Part shown: piece after piece, positions 10,240-20,248 of the stretch
Position numbering within the stretch: position 1 is the first letter of the stretch
How the letters are laid out: the number at the start of each line of letters is the position of its first letter
Source: a virus
Lineage: Duplodnaviria > Caudoviricetes
Direction: 5' to 3' (one strand)
DNA: 64,000 bases
Virus record (IMG/VR): IMGVR_UViG_3300024269_004845
Notes under the pieces: model-generated
Database searches by the model: none
The model's input: the letters and a program-made list of their open reading frames with translations, nothing else
What the model was told of the DNA's origin: nothing
Position numbers and translations under genes: made by a program

Positions 10240-10329
10240 AAATTTTCTATTGGTAAAAAAGACTAAAATTATATTCAAATGCATTTGTTAATATAATTAC
10301 AATAGATAATTTTTTATCTGAAAGGAGCT

Positions 10330-10830
10330 TTGTTTATTATGACTTTACATGAAGAAAAAGTATTTCACGCATTATATTCTTGTGGAGCTATTACAAAGAA
10401 CACAATCAGAAAATTGGGTGGAGATGAAGATACCATTATTTCTTTAATGGATAAAAAGTTAATTAAAAAAGAAAAAATGGATATAGATAGTAAAAGTATC
10501 GCTGTCTATAAATTTACCAAGCAGGGGGAAAAAGCTTATATAGATAAGTTTGGTAAAAAACATTTTTATCGTTGTTCTAATCTTAGAAAAGCTGCAGAGC
10601 TTGGATATTTTTATGCTTCTTTAACTGACGAAGAAAAAAATAGTTGGAAGAGTAAGGATGAATTATCTCAGGAGATGCGTTGTTCTATGTATCCCGATTC
10701 TATTTTTAACAAGGGTGGAATCCCTTGTGGTGTGTTTGTTGTAAAAAGTGAAGATGTTGACGAGAAATTGCCAGAATATAAGCAATTTGCAAAAGAACAA
10801 AAAATTAAAATTATTTTAAAACGAATTTAA
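10330..10830 (+). CDS. Hypothetical wHTH protein, possible miniature Replic_Relax-like
   Basis: LMDKKLI..VYKFTKQG wHTH pattern; YPDSIF. Confidence 0.45.
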   Translation: MFIMTLHEEKVFHALYSCGAITKNTIRKLGGDEDTIISLMDKKLIKKEKMDIDSKSIAVYKFTKQGEKAYIDKFGKKHFYRCSNLRKAAELGYFYASLTDEEKNSWKSKDELSQEMRCSMYPDSIFNKGGIPCGVFVVKSEDVDEKLPEYKQFAKEQKIKIILKRI

Positions 10831-10843
10831 GGAGGGGAATAAT

Positions 10844-11086
10844 ATGAAAGATACAGGTGTTGTACGCAAGATTGACCCACTTGGCAGATTAGTTATTCCC
10901 AAAGAGTTGAGAAAGGCTTTAGGGCTTGGGACTAACGAACCTGTTCAAATTTACGTAGAAGGAAATCGTATCTGTGTAGAAAAGTACAATAAGGCTTGTC
11001 TTATTTGTGGGAGCACAAAAGATGTATTTCCCATTAAGGATAAAAATATTTGTGCTGAGTGCGCAGAATTGATTAAGGAAATCTAA
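10844..11086 (+). CDS. abrB: AbrB family transition-state regulator
   Basis: MKDTGVVRKIDPLGRLVIPKELR; clostridial-type C-terminal CxxC..CxxC. Confidence 0.9.
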   Translation: MKDTGVVRKIDPLGRLVIPKELRKALGLGTNEPVQIYVEGNRICVEKYNKACLICGSTKDVFPIKDKNICAECAELIKEI

Positions 11087-11087
11087 T

Positions 11088-11798
11088 ATGTTTGTATTGC
11101 TGCGAGATTATTTAAGGAAATTAGAAGGAAAAACAAAAAATGAAAAGAAAGAAGAAATAGTTTCCGAAAAAGAATCATCTATTAAAGATGATATGGAGGA
11201 TAATCTTGTAGATGAATCCGATAAACAAGAGAAAGAGAAAGAACAAGAGCAGGAACAAGTTAGAAAAAAGACCCGAATAGAAATTATAAAAGAACGGAAA
11301 AGAGAAGAAAAATTAAAGAAGAAAGAGAAAAAAAGACGTAAAAAAAAGCCAATTACGGTTTATTCTGTTCTTTTGTTATTAATATTTATTGTCGTTTTTG
11401 TATCTAGAATTTGTTTATTAACATCGTCTGAAACTTACATATTAAATGGACAAATAATTTATAGTTCGAAACTTAATAAATACGTTATTAACTACGATAT
11501 AGAAGAGTTGTGGAATGATAATAAGCTGGCTCTCAATGAGAAAGTTTGCATTCCTCAAGATTATACAAAAGATAGGGCAGCAATTAAAGATTATCCTGGA
11601 GAGTGTGTTCCTGGAGTAATTGTAGAAGCAAGCAATAAGGTTAAAATCAAATATGATTTACCAAAATATATGACGTATGATGAATTAAAATTATTTGTTA
11701 TTAATGGGTCTTTTGGCCAGACGATAAATCGAGTAAAAATTGAAATAAAAAAATGGGGAGATTTATATCAGATAACAAAAATCTATCCCATGAATTAA
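11088..11798 (+). CDS. Hypothetical single-pass membrane protein
   Basis: Charged N-terminus, one hydrophobic segment, third gene of the unit, followed by a terminator hairpin. Confidence 0.55.
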   Translation: MFVLLRDYLRKLEGKTKNEKKEEIVSEKESSIKDDMEDNLVDESDKQEKEKEQEQEQVRKKTRIEIIKERKREEKLKKKEKKRRKKKPITVYSVLLLLIFIVVFVSRICLLTSSETYILNGQIIYSSKLNKYVINYDIEELWNDNKLALNEKVCIPQDYTKDRAAIKDYPGECVPGVIVEASNKVKIKYDLPKYMTYDELKLFVINGSFGQTINRVKIEIKKWGDLYQITKIYPMN

Positions 11799-11836
11799 AA
11801 AAGACGAATCTGAAAGATTCGTCTTTTTTTGTTGTA

Positions 11837-12766
11837 TTAAAATTCCAAACTTCCTAGTGCTGTAATCATTGTAGGGATAGCGATAACGGCCATGTTACAA
11901 AGTAGCATAGGCATCTGAATCATTGTCGCCAATGTTTTTCTACCGCTAATTTTAATTAGGAACTGGTCCTTTTGCATTTGTGCAACTTTATCTGCTTGAG
12001 CAGCGAATGCGTCTTTTGCATCGCCACCTTGTTCCATTGTTAATTTAACAAGAGATACGAATTCTCTAACTTCGAACATATTTACCGTATTAGACATAAC
12101 GTCAAGAGCAGCAGTAGTTCCTTTTGTATTACAGTCAAGAATAAATTGATTAATTACAGGTTTCCAGTCGTCAGAAACATATCTAACACTATTTTCCATG
12201 GCTCTTACCAAGTCCATACCTGCAACAAGGTAACCAGAAATAATTCTTACTAAGTCTGGGAAATACTTAAATAAAGCTTCGTTTTTACCTTTAACTTCTG
12301 CTTTAAACATGTAGTCTAACAAGAAAGAACATCCCGCAAAAACAACAGCTCCTGCAGCAATCATATATCCACCCATGGTAGCTAATAATAGTCCTAATAT
12401 CACACCAATAATTCTTAGAATTAAATTAGTTGCGATATAAGATTCTGCTGTAAAAGTATCATCCCAAGCAATAAATTTAATATCTTTATCTAATTGTTCT
12501 ACATTTTCAATTCTTAAACTAGGTAATAGTTTTTGTAACTTAGGGAATAAGTCACTTCTAATACTTGCAGTTAAATCATTAATAGTGTCAACTGTTGCGG
12601 CTGAGTCTTTTTTAACGCCTTTACTGAATTGTTTTAGACGACTCTTAGTTACTGAGCTGTCTAATGTAGTACCAATTAAATCAATAAATGTTTTTGCTGC
12701 GGACAAAATCAGAATTAACATACCAGCAATAAAGATAATATTGGCAACTGTCATATTTATTTCCAT
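11837..12766 (-). CDS. TadC-like (T2SS F family) pilus platform protein
   Basis: FPDLVRIISGYLVAGMDLVRAM, EVREFVSLVKLTMEQGG; TM segments; follows tadB. Confidence 0.8.
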   Translation of the reverse strand: MEINMTVANIIFIAGMLILILSAAKTFIDLIGTTLDSSVTKSRLKQFSKGVKKDSAATVDTINDLTASIRSDLFPKLQKLLPSLRIENVEQLDKDIKFIAWDDTFTAESYIATNLILRIIGVILGLLLATMGGYMIAAGAVVFAGCSFLLDYMFKAEVKGKNEALFKYFPDLVRIISGYLVAGMDLVRAMENSVRYVSDDWKPVINQFILDCNTKGTTAALDVMSNTVNMFEVREFVSLVKLTMEQGGDAKDAFAAQADKVAQMQKDQFLIKISGRKTLATMIQMPMLLCNMAVIAIPTMITALGSLEF

Positions 12767-12782
12767 ATTGTTAATTCCTCCT

Positions 12783-13727
12783 TTACTTTAGTGGGGCACC
12801 GATTTTATTATTAATAAACCAAATGACGCCCATAATAATTCCAAACAACGCAGCAACCATTATTTGGCCAGTTAGTTGGTTTAATAAGAAATCAGAATAA
12901 CCATCCATTGATATAAATCCAAAACAAGCGAATAGAGGAACAGTTAAAACAAGGATATAAGAGTCCTTAACGGGTTCTGAAATTTCTCTTTTTAGCATCT
13001 GTCTAAGCTGTCTATCTTCTTCGTACTGTAAATATGCTTGGCCCAATAGATTTTCTCTAGCTTCTTGGGTACCAATTGCAGAAGAAATTTTATAGAAGTC
13101 TGAAAAACGTTCCAAAAATTTGTTGTCGCATCTTTCTGCCAAATTATCCAATGCTTTTTCAACAGTTACGTTAGCTTCCATTTCTGCACAGGTGAGTTTT
13201 AATTCGGTATACATTGGTTCCATACCTTTGAACTCATTCTTTGTCATATTCATTGCTTTAGAAAAGTCTTTGGTGCTAAGATATCTTTTAATTACCATCT
13301 GCATCATTGGGCCTATTTGTTTTTCAAGTTCTCCAACTCTTTTATTTCTTAAAAATGTAATTACTTGGGACGGTATCATAGGTCCAACAAGAATCATTTC
13401 TACTGCCAAAAAAGGATTTCCAATTACAACAAATGTAAATATACACAATACAATGGCGCAAATGACCTTTAGTAAAAACAATTCATGATATTTTAGATTT
13501 AAGCCTGCCTGACGGCACATCTTTTCAACGGCATTTCTTTTTGAATATTTTGTTTTTTCTGCAGCAGTCTTTTCTAATTTTTTCATAAAAGACTCGGACT
13601 CGTTGCCCATGTCTCTAGCTTGGCTTTTTCTAAAATTTTCAGAAAAGTCTGTCTTGCTAAAAGTATTAAAAATAGTTAAGGCTATGAATATTAACACATA
13701 TATCATAGGACTTATTGGTTGACTCAT
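12783..13727 (-). CDS. TadB-like (T2SS F family) pilus platform protein
   Basis: VEKALDNLAERC, FLLNQLTGQIM; TM pattern typical of TadB. Confidence 0.8.
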   Translation of the reverse strand: MSQPISPMIYVLIFIALTIFNTFSKTDFSENFRKSQARDMGNESESFMKKLEKTAAEKTKYSKRNAVEKMCRQAGLNLKYHELFLLKVICAIVLCIFTFVVIGNPFLAVEMILVGPMIPSQVITFLRNKRVGELEKQIGPMMQMVIKRYLSTKDFSKAMNMTKNEFKGMEPMYTELKLTCAEMEANVTVEKALDNLAERCDNKFLERFSDFYKISSAIGTQEARENLLGQAYLQYEEDRQLRQMLKREISEPVKDSYILVLTVPLFACFGFISMDGYSDFLLNQLTGQIMVAALFGIIMGVIWFINNKIGAPLK

Positions 13728-13963
13728 TCAATACTCCTCCTCGCTATCAAAACTTAGTATTTATCTCTATTATATTGGAAAGAGAAATAAAATAATGAAT
13801 TATATCGGCTTAGAACAAAAATATAGTAAAGAAAATACTCTTATATATTCTACAAAACATTTTCATTTTTCATAATATAAAAAAGCCTTGTTAAATGGTT
13901 TTTATGTGATGATTAGGGATAAAGAACTATATAATATAATTAGCAAAGAAAGGAGTTGAAATC

Positions 13964-15235
13964 GTGGCTAAAAGAGTTGAAAAAGTAATGAATGAATATA
14001 GCGATAGAGATTTTCAAGCATTGTTGTCTATATATAATTTTAGATGTTTGTCCATGAATCAATTGTTTGATTTACATTATAGATTTTCTGGGAAAAAGGA
14101 AGTGACTTCTGAGTATTTAAGAAAAAAGATTATTAAAATGAAGAAGGATAATCTAATTGAAGAATCTAGGCTTGTAAGTAAGAAGGCTCCTGTTGTCTAT
14201 TTTTTAACAAATGACGGAATCCAAGCCGTTCGCATGTATTTTAATTTGTCTAATAATATATATGATACTAAGAAGAGAATTCATGAAAGAGGATATTATA
14301 CTTATTCTGAAATAAAAGTGGCAGATAGATTTATTCCACATCAATATAACTTGAATCAATTTGCTTTGACTTCTATTGATTACTTAAAAAGTAAAGATAT
14401 TGGATACTCATATGTTGATGAAAGACATGTTTCTCAAACATATGGAATTCGACCAGATGGGATTTTATCGACTTTGGGGTTAGATATATTTTTAGAAATG
14501 GATATGGGAACCGAATCATTGTCTCAGTTGAAAGAAAAATGGAATCATTATAGGAGTTATTTAGGGTCTCAAAGCTATATAGATAATGGGAAAAAGATTA
14601 TTATATTTTTCATTTGTTATAATAAAGGCAATATTACGGAAAGAATTAAAGTCATAAAAAATTCATTAAATGAGCATTTTATAGATTGTTTAAAAGAAGT
14701 TGAAGTGTATGTGGGATTACCAGAAAAATTAATGTCGGTATTAAAAAACATAATTGTTCCTTTTTACACGACTGGCAAAAGTGAAATGTATGAAGAATTA
14801 ATTACCAATATTAAACGACATGAATTTAAAGTTGCTTCTGGTATTCAAATGGCAAAATATTTAGACAATACAAATTATACATTTTATATTAAAAATGAAG
14901 ATGGGAAAGATTTTTTAGTTCATGAATTTTTTGGAGAACCTATCGGTGCTATGAACAGAGTCGTTTTCCATGAAAAAATTAATAATTTATTTGAGAAAAA
15001 ATTTAATAAATCTTTGCCATTACTTTTGATTGGAACAAACGAAGATACAATAATTGAAAATATAGATTTATTTGTTGTTTCTGATATCCCAAATGTATAT
15101 TTTTCTACATTAAAAAGGTTGAATACTATGCCTTTTAATGAAGCATTATTTAAAATAATGCCAGATGGTAGTATTTATTCATTCACTGAAGACTTTCAAA
15201 ATATAAAACAAACGGAGAAAATAAATAAAAAATAA
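13964..15235 (+). CDS. Replication-relaxation family protein (MOB_C-like relaxase candidate)
   Basis: SDRDFQALLSIYNFRCLSMNQL, YFLTNDG, HQ, intact IRPDG...FLEMDMGTESLSQLKEKWNHY. Confidence 0.8.
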   Translation: MAKRVEKVMNEYSDRDFQALLSIYNFRCLSMNQLFDLHYRFSGKKEVTSEYLRKKIIKMKKDNLIEESRLVSKKAPVVYFLTNDGIQAVRMYFNLSNNIYDTKKRIHERGYYTYSEIKVADRFIPHQYNLNQFALTSIDYLKSKDIGYSYVDERHVSQTYGIRPDGILSTLGLDIFLEMDMGTESLSQLKEKWNHYRSYLGSQSYIDNGKKIIIFFICYNKGNITERIKVIKNSLNEHFIDCLKEVEVYVGLPEKLMSVLKNIIVPFYTTGKSEMYEELITNIKRHEFKVASGIQMAKYLDNTNYTFYIKNEDGKDFLVHEFFGEPIGAMNRVVFHEKINNLFEKKFNKSLPLLLIGTNEDTIIENIDLFVVSDIPNVYFSTLKRLNTMPFNEALFKIMPDGSIYSFTEDFQNIKQTEKINKK

Positions 15236-15417
15236 TTTATATTGTCGGGGTTCATCCCGACAATATTTTTTGTTACCAAAAAATCTTTGTAATGCTTGAA
15301 ATTGCTTGACTTTGTATTAATAATGTGATATTTTGTATATGTAACAGTAATGACATTCTTGCTATTATAAGCGGGAATGTTTATTTATTAAGTTAGTGTT
15401 TAGAGAGGAGTTTATTT

Positions 15418-16761
15418 ATGTTTAGTAGTACTAATGTAAAAATGTTAAACAAAAACAAATATAAGACAACCGAAAAAACATTGGCTCAAAAGATATTTTT
15501 TACGTCAATGATTTTAGTAATTCTTCAATTTTTATCTCAAATTCCTATTTGGGGGATAAACCGAGATTTAATTAGTTTTTGGTTAAATAGCGACATGAGT
15601 GGTATTTTTGGAATATTTAATATTTTTTCTGGTATGTCGTTTGAGAATCTTTCATTCTTTGCTTTAGGTATTGCGCCATATATTAGCGCATCAATTATTT
15701 TGCAATTATTGAGAGTTGCAATTACTCCTTTGGACCAGATGTGTAAAGACGCACAAAATGAAAAGAAGTTTGTAGAAAAAATTACTTATGGGTTTGCAAT
15801 TATTATTGGTATTTTACAAGTGATTCCTTTGGTGATGAATTTTTCGACTAGCGGTTTATTGGTTAATAACAGTTTTTCTTGTAAGCTTTTAGTTGGTGCT
15901 TCCATCTTATTCGGTAGTGCGATAATGATTGCTTTAGGCAAGATAATTGAAAATAAGGGGATTGGTAATGGTATTTCATTAATATTGTTAATGAATATCT
16001 TGTCATCTATGCGTGGTGACTTCATAAATATTTATAATACTTTTATTTACAATAACGAAATTACAACTATTATTTTAACTGTTTTGATTGCTGTACTGGT
16101 CCTGACATTTTCTTTTGTTTCCGTTATTTATCTGTGTGAAGGGAAGAAAGATATAAAGGTTACTTTTTCTGGTAAAATGCATGGCGGGAAAATGGTTAAA
16201 TCTGCAGATAATATTATTCCCCTAAAGGTTAATATGTCTGGTGTTATGCCAGTTATTTTCGCATCTACATTAATTCAATTGATTCCTATGATTACTGCCA
16301 TACTAAATGTTTCTGAAACTAGTATCTTGAACGAAATTTCAAAATATTTTAATCAAATATATTGGTTTGATTTTTCGAATATCCAATATACTTTTGGTAT
16401 CTTAATTTATTTTGTATTGATTGTCTTTTTTTCTTATTTTTATAATATGATATCTTTCAGTTCAAAAGATATCGCTGACAATCTTAACAAGCAAGGTGGA
16501 ACAATTGCAGGTATTAGGCCAGGTAAATCAACTAAAGAGTATTTAGATGGGCAAATTAAGTATATGGTATTATTAGGTTCGTTAATGTTAATTATTATTT
16601 CTATTATTCCAATGATTATTGGTGGAGTAATCAACATTAACTTAGCTTTTGGGGGAACATCTATTATTATTGTAGTAAGCGTATTAATTGAAACTTATAA
16701 AACAATTAAATTGGAAAAACAGAGAGAAACTGTTGCTCCTAGAAGATATAGCGTATTTTAA
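15418..16761 (+). CDS. secY: Preprotein translocase subunit SecY
   Basis: FALGIAPYISASIILQLL, GIGNGISL, IPLKVNMSGVMPVIFAS, GIRPGKST, FGGTSIIIVV. Confidence 0.95.
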   Translation: MFSSTNVKMLNKNKYKTTEKTLAQKIFFTSMILVILQFLSQIPIWGINRDLISFWLNSDMSGIFGIFNIFSGMSFENLSFFALGIAPYISASIILQLLRVAITPLDQMCKDAQNEKKFVEKITYGFAIIIGILQVIPLVMNFSTSGLLVNNSFSCKLLVGASILFGSAIMIALGKIIENKGIGNGISLILLMNILSSMRGDFINIYNTFIYNNEITTIILTVLIAVLVLTFSFVSVIYLCEGKKDIKVTFSGKMHGGKMVKSADNIIPLKVNMSGVMPVIFASTLIQLIPMITAILNVSETSILNEISKYFNQIYWFDFSNIQYTFGILIYFVLIVFFSYFYNMISFSSKDIADNLNKQGGTIAGIRPGKSTKEYLDGQIKYMVLLGSLMLIIISIIPMIIGGVININLAFGGTSIIIVVSVLIETYKTIKLEKQRETVAPRRYSVF

Positions 16762-16774
16762 GGGGGAAAACAAT

Positions 16775-16936
16775 ATGTTTAAGAAATTAAAAAATGAAAT
16801 TAACAGAATTAAATGGCCTGACAAATGGTTACTTGCTGAAGATTTAAAAGTTGTCTGTATTGGAGTGATTGGTTTAATACTTGCAATATCTATTATTGAT
16901 TGGCTTTCTAAGTTAACGCTTGGATTAATATTTTAA
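16775..16936 (+). CDS. secE: Preprotein translocase subunit SecE (53 aa)
   Basis: MFKKLKNEINRIKWP..VV..IID is the SecE signature, followed by one TM. ATG after a GGGG RBS. Confidence 0.8.
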   Translation: MFKKLKNEINRIKWPDKWLLAEDLKVVCIGVIGLILAISIIDWLSKLTLGLIF

Positions 16937-17118
16937 AACTAGTGTAATGGCTCGAGATTATTTCTCGAGCCATTATTATTTGTTTTTCTTTAGACATTTT
17001 GTCAAACAATTCTTCTATTTAATTATATCTCATATAACATTATAATGAAATTATGAAATAATTTTTTATATGATTTTTTTACAAAAAATAATAAATAACA
17101 AGGAGATGCAAAAATAAT

Positions 17119-17886
17119 ATGAAAAAGATTCTTTCGACTGTTTTATGCTTGGTTATGATATTAAGTCTAGGCGTTACTGCGTTTGCAGAAACAAATGAAT
17201 TTGTTCTTACTTATAGCAATGAAGCCAGCTATGAGATTTCTATACCTGAAAGTGGGAACATAGATGTTACTAATGGTAAAGGTACTATTACCATTGGAGT
17301 AACAGAAACTAATTTAGCAGATGGAACTGTTGTTAGTGTTACTGCTACTTCTGCCAATTATACTGATGATTCTTGGTATTTAGTTAATACTAAAGATAGT
17401 AGTGACAAGATGGCTTATACTGTTGGTACTACTGATGGTGGTAGTGATGTAGCAAGTGGTGATGAAGTTTTATCTGCTGATAGTGCTACCTCTACTACTC
17501 TTTATGTAACACTAAGTGATACAAGCAAGATTGGTACTTTTACAGATACTATTACTTTTACTAGTGAGATTGAAGCGGCTATGGTTACTGTGATAGTCAA
17601 TGAAATCGATACTAGCTATGCGGAGCTTTATGTAAAAGGTGATGACAATATGTTATACGGGGGCACTTATCAGTTCCCAGTTGGAACAATTTTAGAGTGT
17701 TGGATAAGTGACTGGAGTGATGATAGTGATTATGATGGTATCGTTATAAATGGAAGCTGGATAATGGGTGCTGGACATAATAGTAGCATAACTTATGACT
17801 ATATCCTTACTAAAAATGTAACAATTGATGTGGGGGCTGATGTGCTTGGTTATGAAGAAGGTCGTATTGAGATAACTGAACAATAA
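17119..17886 (+). CDS. Secreted beta-rich acidic protein
   Basis: Signal peptide ending TAFA; SYEISIP...GTFTDTITFT pattern of surface Ig-like subunits. Confidence 0.6.
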   Translation: MKKILSTVLCLVMILSLGVTAFAETNEFVLTYSNEASYEISIPESGNIDVTNGKGTITIGVTETNLADGTVVSVTATSANYTDDSWYLVNTKDSSDKMAYTVGTTDGGSDVASGDEVLSADSATSTTLYVTLSDTSKIGTFTDTITFTSEIEAAMVTVIVNEIDTSYAELYVKGDDNMLYGGTYQFPVGTILECWISDWSDDSDYDGIVINGSWIMGAGHNSSITYDYILTKNVTIDVGADVLGYEEGRIEITEQ

Positions 17887-17959
17887 TATACTTAAATTAT
17901 AATGTCTATATAAATAACCCCTTGTGGATATTCCACAAGGGGTTATTGTTATATATTGA

Positions 17960-18610
17960 TTAGGAATTAGTAGGCTTAAATACCTTGCACTTATCGTTAG
18001 GGAAAAGTTCTCCACTAAACTTATTGTAATACTGATTGAGGTAAGCTTCGTAATGAGTTTTAATTACGATTGCAAGCATCTTGAAAGATTCATTTGTCAT
18101 TGGGATATTGATGTAGTCGGCAGGCTTTCCAGAAGGAGTAATAAGACCTGTTTCACTAGAAACGCCTAGTCCATACTCTGCACGAAGAATCCAAGGCATC
18201 TTCTGTCCTGCCTGAATCTTAAACTGGCGGGAAATACCCTTTCCAGACTGTACCCAAGGATAAGTCTTCTGATAATCACTAAGTTTCTTATTAACCTTAT
18301 CTTCGCTAATGCCGCCCATATCGGTGAAATAGCAAGTATAATCATTTACTTCTCTACCTTCAAAACTATTAGTTTTCTTGGCATGTTCAACAATCTTAGC
18401 AAAATTACCAGTAAGAATGTCGTTACAAAGAACTAACATTCTGTTAATATCAACATAAATATCAAGGCGTTTAGTCATAGCCTTGGTAGTTTCATCATAC
18501 TGACAAAAGTTTAGCTGAACTTTGCCAATATTGAAAGCAGAGTTTAAAACCTCTACGAAACAATTCTTACCATCAAAACGTGCAATCTGTGTAGAATACT
18601 TTTCTCTCAT
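17960..18610 (-). CDS. Hypothetical protein downstream of recA
   Basis: Clean ORF with AAGGAG RBS; no recognised motif. Confidence 0.6.
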   Translation of the reverse strand: MREKYSTQIARFDGKNCFVEVLNSAFNIGKVQLNFCQYDETTKAMTKRLDIYVDINRMLVLCNDILTGNFAKIVEHAKKTNSFEGREVNDYTCYFTDMGGISEDKVNKKLSDYQKTYPWVQSGKGISRQFKIQAGQKMPWILRAEYGLGVSSETGLITPSGKPADYINIPMTNESFKMLAIVIKTHYEAYLNQYYNKFSGELFPNDKCKVFKPTNS

Positions 18611-18664
18611 TTTAAAAATCTCCTTTTAAATTCAAATATTATTTTCAGTTATTTATATTGTCGA

Positions 18665-19717
18665 TTATTCGACGTTGAAGAGGTCTTCTTCATTTCCTGG
18701 TTCATCTTCGTCAACAACAGGGGTACCAGGTTCCACATTGACACAGCGAAGCTGGTCTTCAATTTTCTTAAAGATGTCTGGATTTGTCTTTAAGAAATCA
18801 TATACGGAATTTCTTCCTTGTCCAATTCTTTCTCCATCATAAGAGAACCAGGAACCAGATTTAACTATAAGATTTTTTTCTACTGCAAAATCGATAAGAC
18901 TTAGGATTCTATCAAATCCTTCGCCAAAGCGAACTTCTACAATAGTTTCCTTAAACGGAGGAGCTACCTTATTTTTAACAACTTTGATTTTGGTCTTGGC
19001 TCCAACAACTTCGGAACCTTCTTTGGTTGCTTCAGCTTTTCTAACTTCTACTCTGATAGACGAGTAGAATTTTAATGCGCGTCCACCAGTGGTTACTTCG
19101 GGATTGCCATACATGACTCCAACCTTTTCTCGAAGCTGGTTAATGAAGATTACTGTACAATCCATATTGGAAGCGATTGCTGTTAGCTTACGCATCGCTT
19201 TCGACATTAATCTTGCATGCAGTCCAACAAAGTTGTCTTCCATTTCTCCTTCGATTTCAGCCTTTGGAACAAGAGCTGCTACAGAGTCGATAACGACTAA
19301 ATCAACAGCTCCAGAAGAAATTAAATCACAAGCAATTTCAATTGCCTGTTCTCCATTGTCAGGCTGAGAGATAATCATATCATCAATATTTACTCCCAAC
19401 TTTGCAGAATATACAGGGTCTAAAGCATGTTCTGCATCAATAAATGCAACCATTCCATCATGGTCTCTTTGGATTGCTGCTACGGCCTGTAATGCAAGGG
19501 TTGTTTTACCCGAAGACTCTGGGCCGTAAATTTCAACAATTCTACCTCTTGGCAAGCCTCCGCCAAGAATATTGTCAATGGCAACAAGGCCTGTTGAAAA
19601 TTTCTTGACATCGCTAATACCGCTATCGCTCATAAACATAGCAGCGCCTTTGCCAAACTTCTTGTCAATTTCGTTGAGCTTTTTCTTTAAAAGCTCTCGT
19701 TTTTCCGCACTTGGCAT
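18665..19717 (-). CDS. recA: Recombinase RecA
   Basis: GGLPRGRIVEIYGPESSGKTT, DAEHALDP, FINQLREKVGVMYGNPEVTTGGRALKFY. Confidence 0.98.
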   Translation of the reverse strand: MPSAEKRELLKKKLNEIDKKFGKGAAMFMSDSGISDVKKFSTGLVAIDNILGGGLPRGRIVEIYGPESSGKTTLALQAVAAIQRDHDGMVAFIDAEHALDPVYSAKLGVNIDDMIISQPDNGEQAIEIACDLISSGAVDLVVIDSVAALVPKAEIEGEMEDNFVGLHARLMSKAMRKLTAIASNMDCTVIFINQLREKVGVMYGNPEVTTGGRALKFYSSIRVEVRKAEATKEGSEVVGAKTKIKVVKNKVAPPFKETIVEVRFGEGFDRILSLIDFAVEKNLIVKSGSWFSYDGERIGQGRNSVYDFLKTNPDIFKKIEDQLRCVNVEPGTPVVDEDEPGNEEDLFNVE

Positions 19718-19732
19718 TTTACTAATTCCTCC

Positions 19733-20248
19733 TTATTCAATTGTTCTCCAGTATCTAGAACCATATCCTTTTGAAATTGCATATAGTTTGAAATACACGT
19801 TATTCAAATAAGAGATATACGCTTTTAAATAACTGGAAAAAATTTTTATTTTTTGAATTTTATCATTAACAGCCGTTGTTTTTGTAGTTAATTCCATCAT
19901 TATATCAGCGACTGTAAGTGATTGAATCTTGTATTCTGTCAATAAATTTTTGGGAACGAGTTTGTTATCCTTCATCATTGAAGATAATGAATCATAACAG
20001 TCTCTTACGCAGATAAATCTGTCTAAATAGACTTCGACCATTCCTTGCATGTCGGAAAAATAATCTTTCCACGCAATAGTTTCCTTTATCAATTTATTGC
20101 ATTTATCAATATCAACGTCTGAGAGAGTGTAGAGGGATAATAAATACTCATCAAAATCTCCTACATCAATATTTCTTCTAAAACTACGTTCAAAAATTTC
20201 CGATGTTTCAAAAGCAGCAACATAAAATTTCTTTATTGATTCTGTCAT
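19733..20248 (-). CDS. Hypothetical helical protein in recA operon
   Basis: Start overlaps the upstream stop (TAATG); helical composition. Confidence 0.55.
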   Translation of the reverse strand: MTESIKKFYVAAFETSEIFERSFRRNIDVGDFDEYLLSLYTLSDVDIDKCNKLIKETIAWKDYFSDMQGMVEVYLDRFICVRDCYDSLSSMMKDNKLVPKNLLTEYKIQSLTVADIMMELTTKTTAVNDKIQKIKIFSSYLKAYISYLNNVYFKLYAISKGYGSRYWRTIE

